Shown: piece after piece, positions 9,044 through 17,370 of the stretch
How positions within the stretch are numbered: position 1 is the first letter of the stretch
Layout of the letters: each line of letters starts with the position of its first letter
IMG/VR virus record: IMGVR_UViG_3300027887_000560
Source of the DNA: a virus
DNA length: 64,000 bases
Reading direction: 5' to 3' (one strand)
The notes under the pieces: generated by a model
What the model was told of the DNA's origin: nothing
The model's input: the letters and a program-made list of their open reading frames with translations, nothing else
The model's database searches: none
Program-made: the position numbers and the translations under genes

Positions 9044-10214
9044 GCACGAAATCGGTGGGGGAGATCTTTGTCAGTTCGGGTTGCGAAGGCGGACTGACGG
9101 CACGATCTTCCGGAGCGAGCGGAATGATCTCGTCGGGCTCCGGATCGGGCAGGACGAATTCCCGAGTGGGCAGACGTTGGTTTTCATCCACGATGCCGGG
9201 GATGTGGTTGCGGGCGCCCTGGCAGAACTCGACGATATCCATGCCCAGGCGCTTGGTCTTGGGATCCAGGTTGCTGATCTTGATGGCCAGCATGAGCTTC
9301 TGGGTGCGTTCGATCCCGGATACCGTCCAGAGTTTCTCGGGCTTCCTGGTTGCCGATGGCTTCTTGAGCTGTGCGAGGGCCACGTCGGCGGTGATACGGT
9401 GTTGACCCAACCATCGTCTCAGGTTCTTGATGGCCTCGATGGGGTTCATGACCGACAGCTTGACGAGGATGTCGAGCGGTATCCTGTCGCCGCGTTGCCA
9501 GGATTGCAGCACCTCGGGCGGCAAGCGGTCCATGCATCCCAGCAACCGGTTGATGTAGTCCAGGGTGTGGCTGGACTTGCGCGCGAATTCCTCGGGCTTG
9601 ACGTGAAATCGATCGCGCATCATCTTGGCGGCGTTCGCCAGCTCGTAGGTCGAGAGCTTTTCCCGAGCCGTGTTCTCGATGATGTTGATCCAGTATTCCT
9701 CGGTCTCCGGTGTGTCGATCGGAAGCACGATGGCCGGGATCTCTTGCCAGCCGAGGCGGCGCACGGCGACCGTGCGGCGGAAACCGGCGCGCACATAGTA
9801 GTGCTCGGTCACGGGGGCCTCGACGACCACGATGGGTACCTTCAAGCCTTCGAGGTTGATGCTGGTTTGCAGCTCGCCCAGGCTGACAGGATCCATGGTC
9901 AGCCGGAAGTTCTTGAAGTTCGGATCGTCGAGGATCGTGTCGAGCCGGATGAGACGGGTCTCGGAGAAGTTGCGTGTCGTGCAGTTTTCGCCCTGGGGGC
10001 CGGTGATCTCGATGAGGCGTTCGATGCGATGCTGGGCTTCACGCTTGGCGAGCGCAACCCTTGCCCGGTCGGCCAGGGGGTTGTGCCGGTTGATGGGTAT
10101 GAGATTCTGTGGTTCGGGATCGGGTTCGGCGGGCGCGGTCGTGGGAAGCCCAAGCATCGCCTTCAATTTCTCAAGGGCGATGGTGGGATCGGTCTTGGGT
10201 GAGACGTAAGGCAT
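9009..10214 (-). CDS. ParB/Srx-like nuclease-domain protein
   Basis: ParB N-terminal-domain pattern KVPIVVVEAPVTEHYYVRAGFRRTVAVRRLGWQEIPAIV (GxxRxxA arginine patch), with a roughly 250 aa C-terminal extension; start at internal Met MPYVSP. Confidence 0.6.
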   Translation of the reverse strand: MPYVSPKTDPTIALEKLKAMLGLPTTAPAEPDPEPQNLIPINRHNPLADRARVALAKREAQHRIERLIEITGPQGENCTTRNFSETRLIRLDTILDDPNFKNFRLTMDPVSLGELQTSINLEGLKVPIVVVEAPVTEHYYVRAGFRRTVAVRRLGWQEIPAIVLPIDTPETEEYWINIIENTAREKLSTYELANAAKMMRDRFHVKPEEFARKSSHTLDYINRLLGCMDRLPPEVLQSWQRGDRIPLDILVKLSVMNPIEAIKNLRRWLGQHRITADVALAQLKKPSATRKPEKLWTVSGIERTQKLMLAIKISNLDPKTKRLGMDIVEFCQGARNHIPGIVDENQRLPTREFVLPDPEPDEIIPLAPEDRAVSPPSQPELTKISPTDFVPSPPGKSRTSS

Positions 10215-10245
10215 GGAGTGCTGCCTCCGTGACGGTCGTTGGTTT

Positions 10246-11943
10246 TCAGACGGCGAGCTTGAGCTGCGCGGGTGGTTTGCGCACGAGATCTTGTTCGGGA
10301 TGTCGGTTGAGTACCTTGTCCAAGACATCCTGCTTGGCGATGATTCGCTTGGACATGTTCACGTCGATGGTGCCGTCGAGGACCAGGTGGATGATGTGGA
10401 CCATCTTCTTCTGGCCGATCCTGGCCAGACGATCTTCGGCCTGGCTGACGATGGAGGGGTTCCAGTCCACTTCGACCAGGATGGCGGTCGAGGCTCGGTA
10501 GAGATTGAAGCCCACTGCCGTCTTGAGGCCCCCGATGAAGATGCGCGCGTCGCCCTCCTGGAAGCGCTTGACGGCCTTCTCGCGATCTGGTTTCGAGGTT
10601 TCACCGTGCAGTGTGACGGCCTGTTCGCCATAGTGTTCGGCGAGCTTGGCCAGGACATCCTGGTGGTGGGCGAAGATGACGAGCTTGTCGATCCCCGAGG
10701 CCAACACATCATCTATGTAGGCGATACAGGCGGGAAGCTTGGCGAGAGCCGTCTTGTGGCGGAATTCGCTCATCTCGGTGAAGGCGACGCCGATGAAGTC
10801 GTCGAGGGCCTGGATGGCAGCCTTGTACTCCTCGTTGGTCTTGGCGGCCTCCAGGGCGCCCAGGCGAGCTTCGTAGTCGGCATCGTAGAGCTGCTTCCAG
10901 CGTTGGAAGTCAGGATCCAGCGACCAGTCGATCTCGGAATCTCCGAGCACGACGAGTTGCCGGCGCTTCGGGGGCAGCTCCTTGAGCACGTCGGCGCGTC
11001 GGCGCCGGATCATGAAGCTGGCGCGCAGGCGTTGTTGCAGCTCGCCCAGGTGGGTTGCGCCCGTGTCGATGGTTCTACCGCCTTGCCGGTGAAGGCCGCA
11101 GTAGCGATGGGCGAATTCGATCCAGTTGCCGAACTTGGCGGGACAGATGGCGGCGGCGATCGTCCAGATCTCCTTGGGATAGTTCTCGACTGGCGTTCCG
11201 GTCAAGAACAGGCAACGGTGAGATCGTTGCATGAGGCCGTTTTCGCCAAGTACGGCTTGCGTGCGCTGGGCATTGGGAGTCTTGAGAGCGTGAGCCTCGT
11301 CGCAGATGAGCACGTCCCAGATGCGTTCGAGAGATCGTGTGAGCGGCGATTCCCTGATGAGCTTTTCGTAGTTCACGATGACGAGGAGGTTGTCACGTTC
11401 GGGGATAATGGTTCGCCCCGACTTGGCGATCACGATCTCCCGGTCGTCCACCAACCATTTCTCAGCCTCGTTTCGCCAGTTGAACGATAGCGTGTCCGGT
11501 GCAACGACAAGGACGTTTTTGGGGCGTAGGAGATTCAGGAATCCTAATGCCTGGATCGTCTTTCCCACTCCCATCTCGTCACCGAGCAAGGTGTCCTTGT
11601 GGTCGCGTATGTAAGCGATGCCGGCTTTCTGGAATGGCAAATACGCGAGACCTTGGGGGCAGGGGATTATGATGTCGGCGTCCACCGCCCGAGATCGCTC
11701 CAGCTTCTTGAGGTGCTCCTTCATCGCCGCGAGCGCCAGGGTGTTACAGTAGGATTTGAGTCGCGTGGCCGCCTCGACGCGGTTTGACCAGAAGCGGTTA
11801 CCTATGTTCGCGCGACAAGCCTTGCAATGGCTGTCTTTTCGACACATGGAGGGTTCGTGCAGCTCGAAGCCGGCACGGCGAAGGGCGCCGCGTTCGTCGG
11901 GTTTGTCCACGACGAAGATGCCTTTCCAGTAGGTAATGATCAT
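10246..11943 (-). CDS. SNF2-family DNA helicase/translocase
   Basis: Motif I GDEMGVGKT, motif II DEAH (LICDEAHALK), LFLTGTPVEN, and helicase-C motif VI QAEDRLARIGQ; N-terminal Cys-rich segment (CRKDSHCKAC). Confidence 0.85.
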   Translation of the reverse strand: MIITYWKGIFVVDKPDERGALRRAGFELHEPSMCRKDSHCKACRANIGNRFWSNRVEAATRLKSYCNTLALAAMKEHLKKLERSRAVDADIIIPCPQGLAYLPFQKAGIAYIRDHKDTLLGDEMGVGKTIQALGFLNLLRPKNVLVVAPDTLSFNWRNEAEKWLVDDREIVIAKSGRTIIPERDNLLVIVNYEKLIRESPLTRSLERIWDVLICDEAHALKTPNAQRTQAVLGENGLMQRSHRCLFLTGTPVENYPKEIWTIAAAICPAKFGNWIEFAHRYCGLHRQGGRTIDTGATHLGELQQRLRASFMIRRRRADVLKELPPKRRQLVVLGDSEIDWSLDPDFQRWKQLYDADYEARLGALEAAKTNEEYKAAIQALDDFIGVAFTEMSEFRHKTALAKLPACIAYIDDVLASGIDKLVIFAHHQDVLAKLAEHYGEQAVTLHGETSKPDREKAVKRFQEGDARIFIGGLKTAVGFNLYRASTAILVEVDWNPSIVSQAEDRLARIGQKKMVHIIHLVLDGTIDVNMSKRIIAKQDVLDKVLNRHPEQDLVRKPPAQLKLAV

Positions 11944-11970
11944 GGGGGTGGTGAGTGATTGTAGCGGTTA

Positions 11971-12387
11971 TCAGGGCATGGTCGAGTGACTTTCTGGCTG
12001 GGGGTCATCGTGCAAAGATCTGGATTCGGCGCAGGCTTTTTCAACCTGGACACCGATGTCTACGATGTGTTGAGCCGCCAGGCCAACATGGTTCGATATC
12101 ACAGGATCATCGACCATGCAGTTACTACAGACTGACTGGTTGAACGGGTACACGAACCTGTATCCCTCCGCCCTGGTGTGACCACACACAACGCAGGTTT
12201 CACCAGGCTGCCCCCTGGTTTTCGTTTTGATGTCATTGATCAGTCGTCGTGTGTTCCTGGCAATCCAGAAGGTCTCGATGAGAAACACGATCATTGCTCC
12301 CAGGATTGTGCCCATGGCAATCCCAACCCACCAGTTGAGACAAAGGTCGTTGAGATGTTTCCAGGTATTTAGTTGCCAGTCGTTCAT
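11971..12387 (-). CDS. membrane-anchored zinc-ribbon protein (138 aa)
   Basis: Hydrophobic segment WWVGIAMGTILGAMIVFLI, then CVVCGH...CSNC. Confidence 0.35.
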   Translation of the reverse strand: MNDWQLNTWKHLNDLCLNWWVGIAMGTILGAMIVFLIETFWIARNTRRLINDIKTKTRGQPGETCVVCGHTRAEGYRFVYPFNQSVCSNCMVDDPVISNHVGLAAQHIVDIGVQVEKACAESRSLHDDPQPESHSTMP

Positions 12388-12406
12388 TGCGGTTCGTTTT
12401 GCTATT

Positions 12407-12628
12407 TCAATGTTGTTGTGTGGAGATTTTTTCGATTGCTGCCAAGGTGTGGTGCTTGTTCAAGCATTCCGGCGATTCATTGATGATGTGTTGAAGGGTT
12501 GTGATGTTTGGACGCCCGGCATCGCTATACCTCCCCTTGTAGATGTCGTCCTGGATGATGGGCAGGAGGAGCGCGATGGCGGCGAGCCGATCTTCGGGGG
12601 TCCACCGTCGGGAAATAGCGGTTTTCAT
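12407..12628 (-). CDS. hypothetical small protein (73 aa)
   Basis: Internal Met MKTAIS; 4-nt overlap with the upstream gene. Confidence 0.3.
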   Translation of the reverse strand: MKTAISRRWTPEDRLAAIALLLPIIQDDIYKGRYSDAGRPNITTLQHIINESPECLNKHHTLAAIEKISTQQH

Positions 12629-12822
12629 GTGCGAATTCCCACCTTCTGGCGAGCGCAGCGCACGGCGGTCTTGAGCCGGTCCCGGATGCAGGAGAAGTTG
12701 ATGTTGGTGCCCGGAATGCGGACGCGAGCCTCGTACTTGACCTGTCCCGTGACAGTTGTAACCGGGCGCACGTAGATGCGCACAATGGTACGGGCAGGTG
12801 GACGAACCTTCATTGCCGGCAC
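12625..12822 (-). CDS. hypothetical small basic protein (65 aa)
   Basis: ORF. Confidence 0.3.
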   Translation of the reverse strand: MPAMKVRPPARTIVRIYVRPVTTVTGQVKYEARVRIPGTNINFSCIRDRLKTAVRCARQKVGIRT

Positions 12823-12883
12823 AGTCTAGCACAGTGGTTGGCGGAGCAATACCATCTGTTGAATGCGACATTGAATACGGCAA

Positions 12884-13009
12884 TCAAAGAAATCTTGAAA
12901 AAGATATTGACCGCTCGATTGAGCGCGCGTACCGTGCTCTCGCTGGACTCAAGAGCCAGCAAGCCGGGCCACGGTGGCACCGGTATCACCACCCACAGAG
13001 GAGATCCCT
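12884..13009. promoter_or_regulatory. AT-richer divergent intergenic region, likely promoter(s)
   Basis: About 125 nt gap between divergent genes; noticeably AT-richer than its surroundings, with repeated TTGAAT and a TTGACC hexamer; strong RBS (gaggagat) just before the 13010 start. Confidence 0.3.
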
Positions 13010-13501
13010 ATGGCAGCCAACAACACCAAGTCCGCAACTCCCTCCGTCCGCGCGCCCGAGGGCTTCCGCCGGGTCGGTTCCGCGAGCAATGCTCCGTGGT
13101 TCCACCTGGCCGAAGGCAATCAGATGCAAGGCGTGCTCATCAACGTGTTCGAGCGTCCGGACGAGCGGACCGAGAGCAAGACCTCGAAGTTCTTCCAGGT
13201 CGAGCTGCTCGCGCCCACCAAGGTCCGCGAGGGCAAGGGCGAGAAGGCGGCGGTGGTCGAGGCGTCGGCCGGTACGATCATCAACGTGAACTGCAACGCG
13301 AAGACCAAGGAATTCGAGTCGCTCATCCCCGAGATCGTGCGCGGCGCCGAGTACCAGGTCTTCGTTCACGTCGGCAAGAAGTTCCCGATCTCCAAGGGTC
13401 GTTCGATGTGGGACATCACCGCCGCCGTGAAGCTGGTCAAGCCGGCCATGGCGACCGATCAGCCCGACTTCGCGGATGACGAAGAAGCGACCGTGGAGTA
13501 A
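13010..13501 (+). CDS. hypothetical protein with acidic C-terminal tail (164 aa); possibly abundant
   Basis: Strong RBS, AT-rich upstream region, terminator hairpin downstream of the operon; the C-terminus ends DQPDFADDEEATVE. Confidence 0.45.
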   Translation: MAANNTKSATPSVRAPEGFRRVGSASNAPWFHLAEGNQMQGVLINVFERPDERTESKTSKFFQVELLAPTKVREGKGEKAAVVEASAGTIINVNCNAKTKEFESLIPEIVRGAEYQVFVHVGKKFPISKGRSMWDITAAVKLVKPAMATDQPDFADDEEATVE

Positions 13502-13503
13502 CC

Positions 13504-13716
13504 GTGCCTCGGCCCGTAGTGATACGGGTGAGCTACAATGCCGATGTCGCCTATCTGCTACGACTTTCCGAGGCGTGTGGGCGAGATTCTCGGCAACCCG
13601 AGGCTTGGAAGCGTCGCGAGGTGCGTCTGAACCGCCTTTACGTGCAGCATTTGATGAAGGCCGTTCAAGATTCCGCAGGTGGTCCGAAGAAGAAGCCCGA
13701 GGGTGTCAGGAAATGA
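13504..13716 (+). CDS. hypothetical protein (70 aa)
   Basis: ORF immediately after the 13010 gene. Confidence 0.3.
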   Translation: MPRPVVIRVSYNADVAYLLRLSEACGRDSRQPEAWKRREVRLNRLYVQHLMKAVQDSAGGPKKKPEGVRK

Positions 13717-13740
13717 GTGTAGCTCGCGTGTAAGACAGCG

Positions 13741-13795
13741 GCGAAGCCGGCGAAGCGGGGGTCATCCGTTCCCGTTTCGCCGGCTTTCGTCGGTT
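13741..13795 (+). terminator. stem-loop, candidate intrinsic terminator
   Basis: Inverted repeat cgaagccggcgaagcggg ... cccgtttcgccggctttcg (about 17 bp stem, one mismatch, 11 nt loop) directly after the 13010-13716 operon; no clear U-tract. Confidence 0.4.
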
Positions 13796-13903
13796 ACGTT
13801 GCGCTAGACGCGCCAGTTCGTAGGTTGCCTGTTGTGCTTCCGTGCTTACGGGAGCAGAATTGGCGGCTGCCGTTGCAAGTTCGCCGTTCGCTGGAGGTTT
13901 GCC

Positions 13904-14428
13904 ATGTCCGATACCCCACCCCTGTCAGATGGTGCAAGTCCGGGAAGCGAAGCCAAGGATGATGTTGGACAGCCCGTGGTATGGATCTCGTTCTGTCCAG
14001 AGCTTGGCCTCTATCACTATCACAATGAATCGGATCCAAACGAGGATCCTCTCGACACGAAGTTCACGCGCGAGGGGCTCCTGGATGTCGTAACGGGATT
14101 GATGCAATCCCAGCGCGTGAAGGACGCTCAAGATCTCGCATTCATGTGTGCCTGGGGTCGTCTCTTCGCGCACAAGATCGTGGTGTTCTATACCTCGGGA
14201 ATGTTCCGGGTATTCAATCCGTTGCCAATTCCCGATTCGGAGAAAGAGGAGAGCGCCGACATGCGAGAGTTTCTCGCGGACTGGAAGCGGAAGTACCCGA
14301 CTTCCGAATCGGTGCCCGTGGTCGCCGATTATCCATCGGTGGCAAAACGCAAGCTTGAAGAGGAGGAGAAGTCCGATCAGCAGCTTGCTGCCGAGATCGG
14401 GGTTCAGCATGGAGAAGATCCCAAGTAA
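13904..14428 (+). CDS. hypothetical protein (174 aa)
   Basis: Internal Met of ORF 13832..14428; immediately precedes the ATPase gene. Confidence 0.4.
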   Translation: MSDTPPLSDGASPGSEAKDDVGQPVVWISFCPELGLYHYHNESDPNEDPLDTKFTREGLLDVVTGLMQSQRVKDAQDLAFMCAWGRLFAHKIVVFYTSGMFRVFNPLPIPDSEKEESADMREFLADWKRKYPTSESVPVVADYPSVAKRKLEEEEKSDQQLAAEIGVQHGEDPK

Positions 14429-14437
14429 CCAGGTCGC

Positions 14438-16318
14438 GTGATGATCAGTCGCCGTCTTACGGGTGGATTGTCATCCGGCCGACCGGGTTCTGTTGGACGT
14501 TCGGGGATCGGCCGCTCGTCGGTCGGTCGCCCGACGTTCGATGATGCGGACGAGTCCGTGAATGTCGAGCGCCGGTTGTCCAGGTCGCCGATCTATGAAG
14601 GGAGTGGTCCTTTCACGGGGGCCATGCCTCGTGCACAGCCTCCCAGGCTCCTGCGTGATCAGCTCTACGATCGGATGTGTGACTGGCGAGCGCACACGAT
14701 CGCCGAGATGGAGTCCTGGTTGCCGGGCAACAAGTGGGTGGAGGCCATGATCGATCTCATCACGTTTGGTTTTGCCTTCGAGCGTGAAGTGAGAGCCGAT
14801 GGGTGCCGAGCCTTGCGTCTGCGAAAGCGTGAGCCGTATGAGAGACGCCAGCAGGTGGTGGACATTCTCTCGGGCATGACGTTGCCCGATCGTATCGTGA
14901 CGTTGCCCGGTGCGGTGTTGCCACCAATCACGAGTCGAACCGAGGAGGTGGTCGAACCCAGGGCGAGCAGGGAGTTCGTCGATGAAGGACAATGGACTCC
15001 ACCACCCGATATCGAGCGCATGGTGCTCGATACGAGTGGTGACATTGTGCTCTCGGTGCCCGATCTCGTGACCGATACCATAGGTATCCTGGCTCGTAAA
15101 GGTGCGGGCAAGACGTACCTGGCCATGGTGATCGCCGAGGAGTTCCTGGCGAGCACGTTCTCCATTCCTTTCGTGGTCCTGGATCCCATGGGCGTGTGGT
15201 GGGGGCTCCTGTCCGATGTCGAGGGAAATCCGACCGAGCGCAGACTGGTGGTGTTCGGAGGCGCGCACGGGCACTATCCGCTCACGTCCAGGGATGGTGG
15301 GATCATGGCCAAGATGGTCGTGGCCTGTCGTCCCTTGCCGTTCGTGTTCGATCTGTCGGCATTTCCGCGCGAGGAGCAGCATCGTTTCTGTGCCGACTTT
15401 TCCGCCGAACTGTTCCTGGTCAACAAAGAGCCGTTGCACATTTTTCTCGACGAGGCGGATGGTTTTGCGCCCCAGCGGCTCGAAGGCAAGTCATCGAGGC
15501 ATCAGAAACGATCGCTGGCCGAGATCGACTGCCTGGTGCGCCGGGGACGCGTGCATGGGCTCGGCATGACGCTCATCACGCAGCGACCTGCGGTGATCTC
15601 GAAGAACGTGCTCTCCCAGGTGGGCGCCATGTTCTTCCTGGAAACCGGAGCACCGCACGATCTGCGTGCCATCGACGATTGGTTGCATGACCGTATCACC
15701 GAGGACGTGCGGCGCCAGTGTCGAGAGGAGTTGCCCGTGTTGGGTCCGGGGCAAGCGTTCTACCTGCGTGGGGGCGAGCATTACCGGTTCTGCAAGTTCA
15801 CGGTGCGATCGAAGAAGACCTATGATTCCTCGCTCACCCCGCGTATCGGTGACAAGCGTCCCGTTGCCAAGACCTACGCGCTCACGGATGAAGATCGCCG
15901 GTTGCTGGACGGGGCGATGGCTGCCGCGCGCTCCGGGGTGTTCGTGGCGGCGAATGCCGGTGATCTGTATAGTGATGATCCGGTGCAACGACCATCCGGT
16001 GTTCCGGCTGGTGAATCCAGGGCGAGCACGGACGATCTGTATAGCGACGATCCTGTTCCGGGGGCTGGTTCGGCGAGTGAAGTCGGGAGTGGTGATCCGG
16101 GTGGTGTCGATGATCCCGACAGTGACGCGGATGTTGGTTCAGGTGATGGGGAGAATGACGGCGCAGATAGCACAGTGGATGACGATGCATCGGATGACTC
16201 TTCATCAGATCTCGATGATTCGGATGAATCGGATGATTCGGATGAACCAGATGATTCGGGGGCGTCGGATGATGAGTTCGATGAGTCGTCGCCCGATTCC
16301 GAACAGAGGGATGAATAG
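14438..16318 (+). CDS. HerA/FtsK-superfamily P-loop ATPase with poly-acidic C-terminal tail
   Basis: Walker A GILARKGAGKTY; Walker B HIFLDEADGFAP; HerA/VirB4-type segment LITQRPAVISKNVLSQVGAMFFLE; last roughly 100 aa are Asp/Ser/Glu repeats (DSDESDDSDEPDDS). Confidence 0.65.
   Translation: MMISRRLTGGLSSGRPGSVGRSGIGRSSVGRPTFDDADESVNVERRLSRSPIYEGSGPFTGAMPRAQPPRLLRDQLYDRMCDWRAHTIAEMESWLPGNKWVEAMIDLITFGFAFEREVRADGCRALRLRKREPYERRQQVVDILSGMTLPDRIVTLPGAVLPPITSRTEEVVEPRASREFVDEGQWTPPPDIERMVLDTSGDIVLSVPDLVTDTIGILARKGAGKTYLAMVIAEEFLASTFSIPFVVLDPMGVWWGLLSDVEGNPTERRLVVFGGAHGHYPLTSRDGGIMAKMVVACRPLPFVFDLSAFPREEQHRFCADFSAELFLVNKEPLHIFLDEADGFAPQRLEGKSSRHQKRSLAEIDCLVRRGRVHGLGMTLITQRPAVISKNVLSQVGAMFFLETGAPHDLRAIDDWLHDRITEDVRRQCREELPVLGPGQAFYLRGGEHYRFCKFTVRSKKTYDSSLTPRIGDKRPVAKTYALTDEDRRLLDGAMAAARSGVFVAANAGDLYSDDPVQRPSGVPAGESRASTDDLYSDDPVPGAGSASEVGSGDPGGVDDPDSDADVGSGDGENDGADSTVDDDASDDSSSDLDDSDESDDSDEPDDSGASDDEFDESSPDSEQRDE
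16193..16300 (+). repeat. short tandem coding repeats (gat tcg gat gaa ...)
   Basis: Visible repetition gatgattcggatgaatcggatgattcggatgaaccagatgattcgg encoding the acidic tail of the ATPase. Confidence 0.45.
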
Positions 16319-17361
16319 TGGCCAGGCGTAAAATTCGCTTCAAGACGATTCCGGTAAAGGCGTACTGGAATTACACTGCTGCCGGCGATCGTTATCGTGT
16401 ACCAGCTCACAAGCGAAGGATTGCTGTTCCGGTCGTTGCCAAGGTTCCGGTCAGGAAACCCGTTATCAAGGTTCCACCACGGAAACCTAGCATCAAGGCG
16501 CCAGCACGGAAACCTGTTGTCAAGGCTCCAGTACAAAAACCTGTTGTCAAGGCTCCGGTAAAGAAGACACCAGGTAAGGTTCCGGTCAAGAAACCTGCTC
16601 CCAGGAAACCGGTACGAAAGCCTCCGGTCAAGAGGCCGGAGAAGAAGCCAGTCATCAAGAAGCCGGTCAGAAAGCCTGTCAAGAAACTGGCAGTCAAGAA
16701 GCCTGTCAGGAAACCGGTTGCCAAGAAGCCTGTCAAGAGACTCAAGAAGAAGCTTCCGAGGGGACCAAAGCGAAAGAAGATTAAGAAAAAGTACCCACCG
16801 TTCATTCGCCGGGCGATGGTTGCCGAGAACCTGATTCAAGAGAAGCTGTTTCGCATGTTGAATCACCTTGAGATCACGGATGCCGGGTTACAGATGTCCG
16901 TCCGGTCTTTCATCAACAGCGATTCCACGGTTGATGGCGAGCTGCGCATTTCCAACTTGCCGGATGAATGGCGAACCCTTGAGGGGTTACCGCTCATCAT
17001 CTCGGCCCTGTCGCTCGCCATAGATGCGATGGGTGCGTTCACGCAGGATGAGGCCATGGGGGGAAGGTTCTGGGTGTCCTTCGGTCTGCGGTTCGGTCCG
17101 AAGAATCAGGCCGAGATCGAGGAGATGGCCAAGTTCTACAAGCGGTTCCGGGGACTGTTCCAGGTCGGGGCGCACCATGCTTCGGCGCACGATACGGGTG
17201 CCATCAAGACCAATGCCCTGGCCATCCGTCTGTTCGTCGAGAACATCTGGGCGAAGCGTGATCTGCCACCCGTGCAGATCTTGGTGCGTTTCGTGTGGAC
17301 GCCAACCAAGAAGAATCCAGGTCGCGATGCCAAGGAAATCGGTGGCCGTTATGCCGAGTAG
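16318..17361 (+). CDS. Lys/Pro-rich repeat protein (histone-H1-like N-terminus) plus C-terminal globular domain
   Basis: Residues about 40-165 are KPVVKAPV / KKPVRKPV repeats; about 180 aa non-repetitive C-terminal domain of unknown function. Confidence 0.5.
   Translation: MARRKIRFKTIPVKAYWNYTAAGDRYRVPAHKRRIAVPVVAKVPVRKPVIKVPPRKPSIKAPARKPVVKAPVQKPVVKAPVKKTPGKVPVKKPAPRKPVRKPPVKRPEKKPVIKKPVRKPVKKLAVKKPVRKPVAKKPVKRLKKKLPRGPKRKKIKKKYPPFIRRAMVAENLIQEKLFRMLNHLEITDAGLQMSVRSFINSDSTVDGELRISNLPDEWRTLEGLPLIISALSLAIDAMGAFTQDEAMGGRFWVSFGLRFGPKNQAEIEEMAKFYKRFRGLFQVGAHHASAHDTGAIKTNALAIRLFVENIWAKRDLPPVQILVRFVWTPTKKNPGRDAKEIGGRYAE
16438..16798 (+). repeat. tandem 24-27 nt coding repeats
   Basis: For example aaacctgttgtcaaggctccagtacaaaaacctgttgtcaaggctccggtaaag; encodes the KPV-x-K-x-P repeats. 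Confidence 0.55.
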
Positions 17362-17370
17362 GAGGACCAC

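Noticed and set aside
14438-16318. Large terminase subunit
   Set aside because: The Walker A sits about 200 aa from the N-terminus, the HerA/VirB4-type ITQRP...LSQ segment is present, and there is no RNase-H-like nuclease C-domain; the C-terminus is a poly-acidic tail instead.
16438-16798. Tandem repeats as non-coding satellite or assembly artefact
   Set aside because: The repeats stay in frame and encode a coherent Lys/Pro-rich protein continuous with a non-repetitive C-terminal domain; treated as a genuine repeat protein, though copy number may be mis-assembled.
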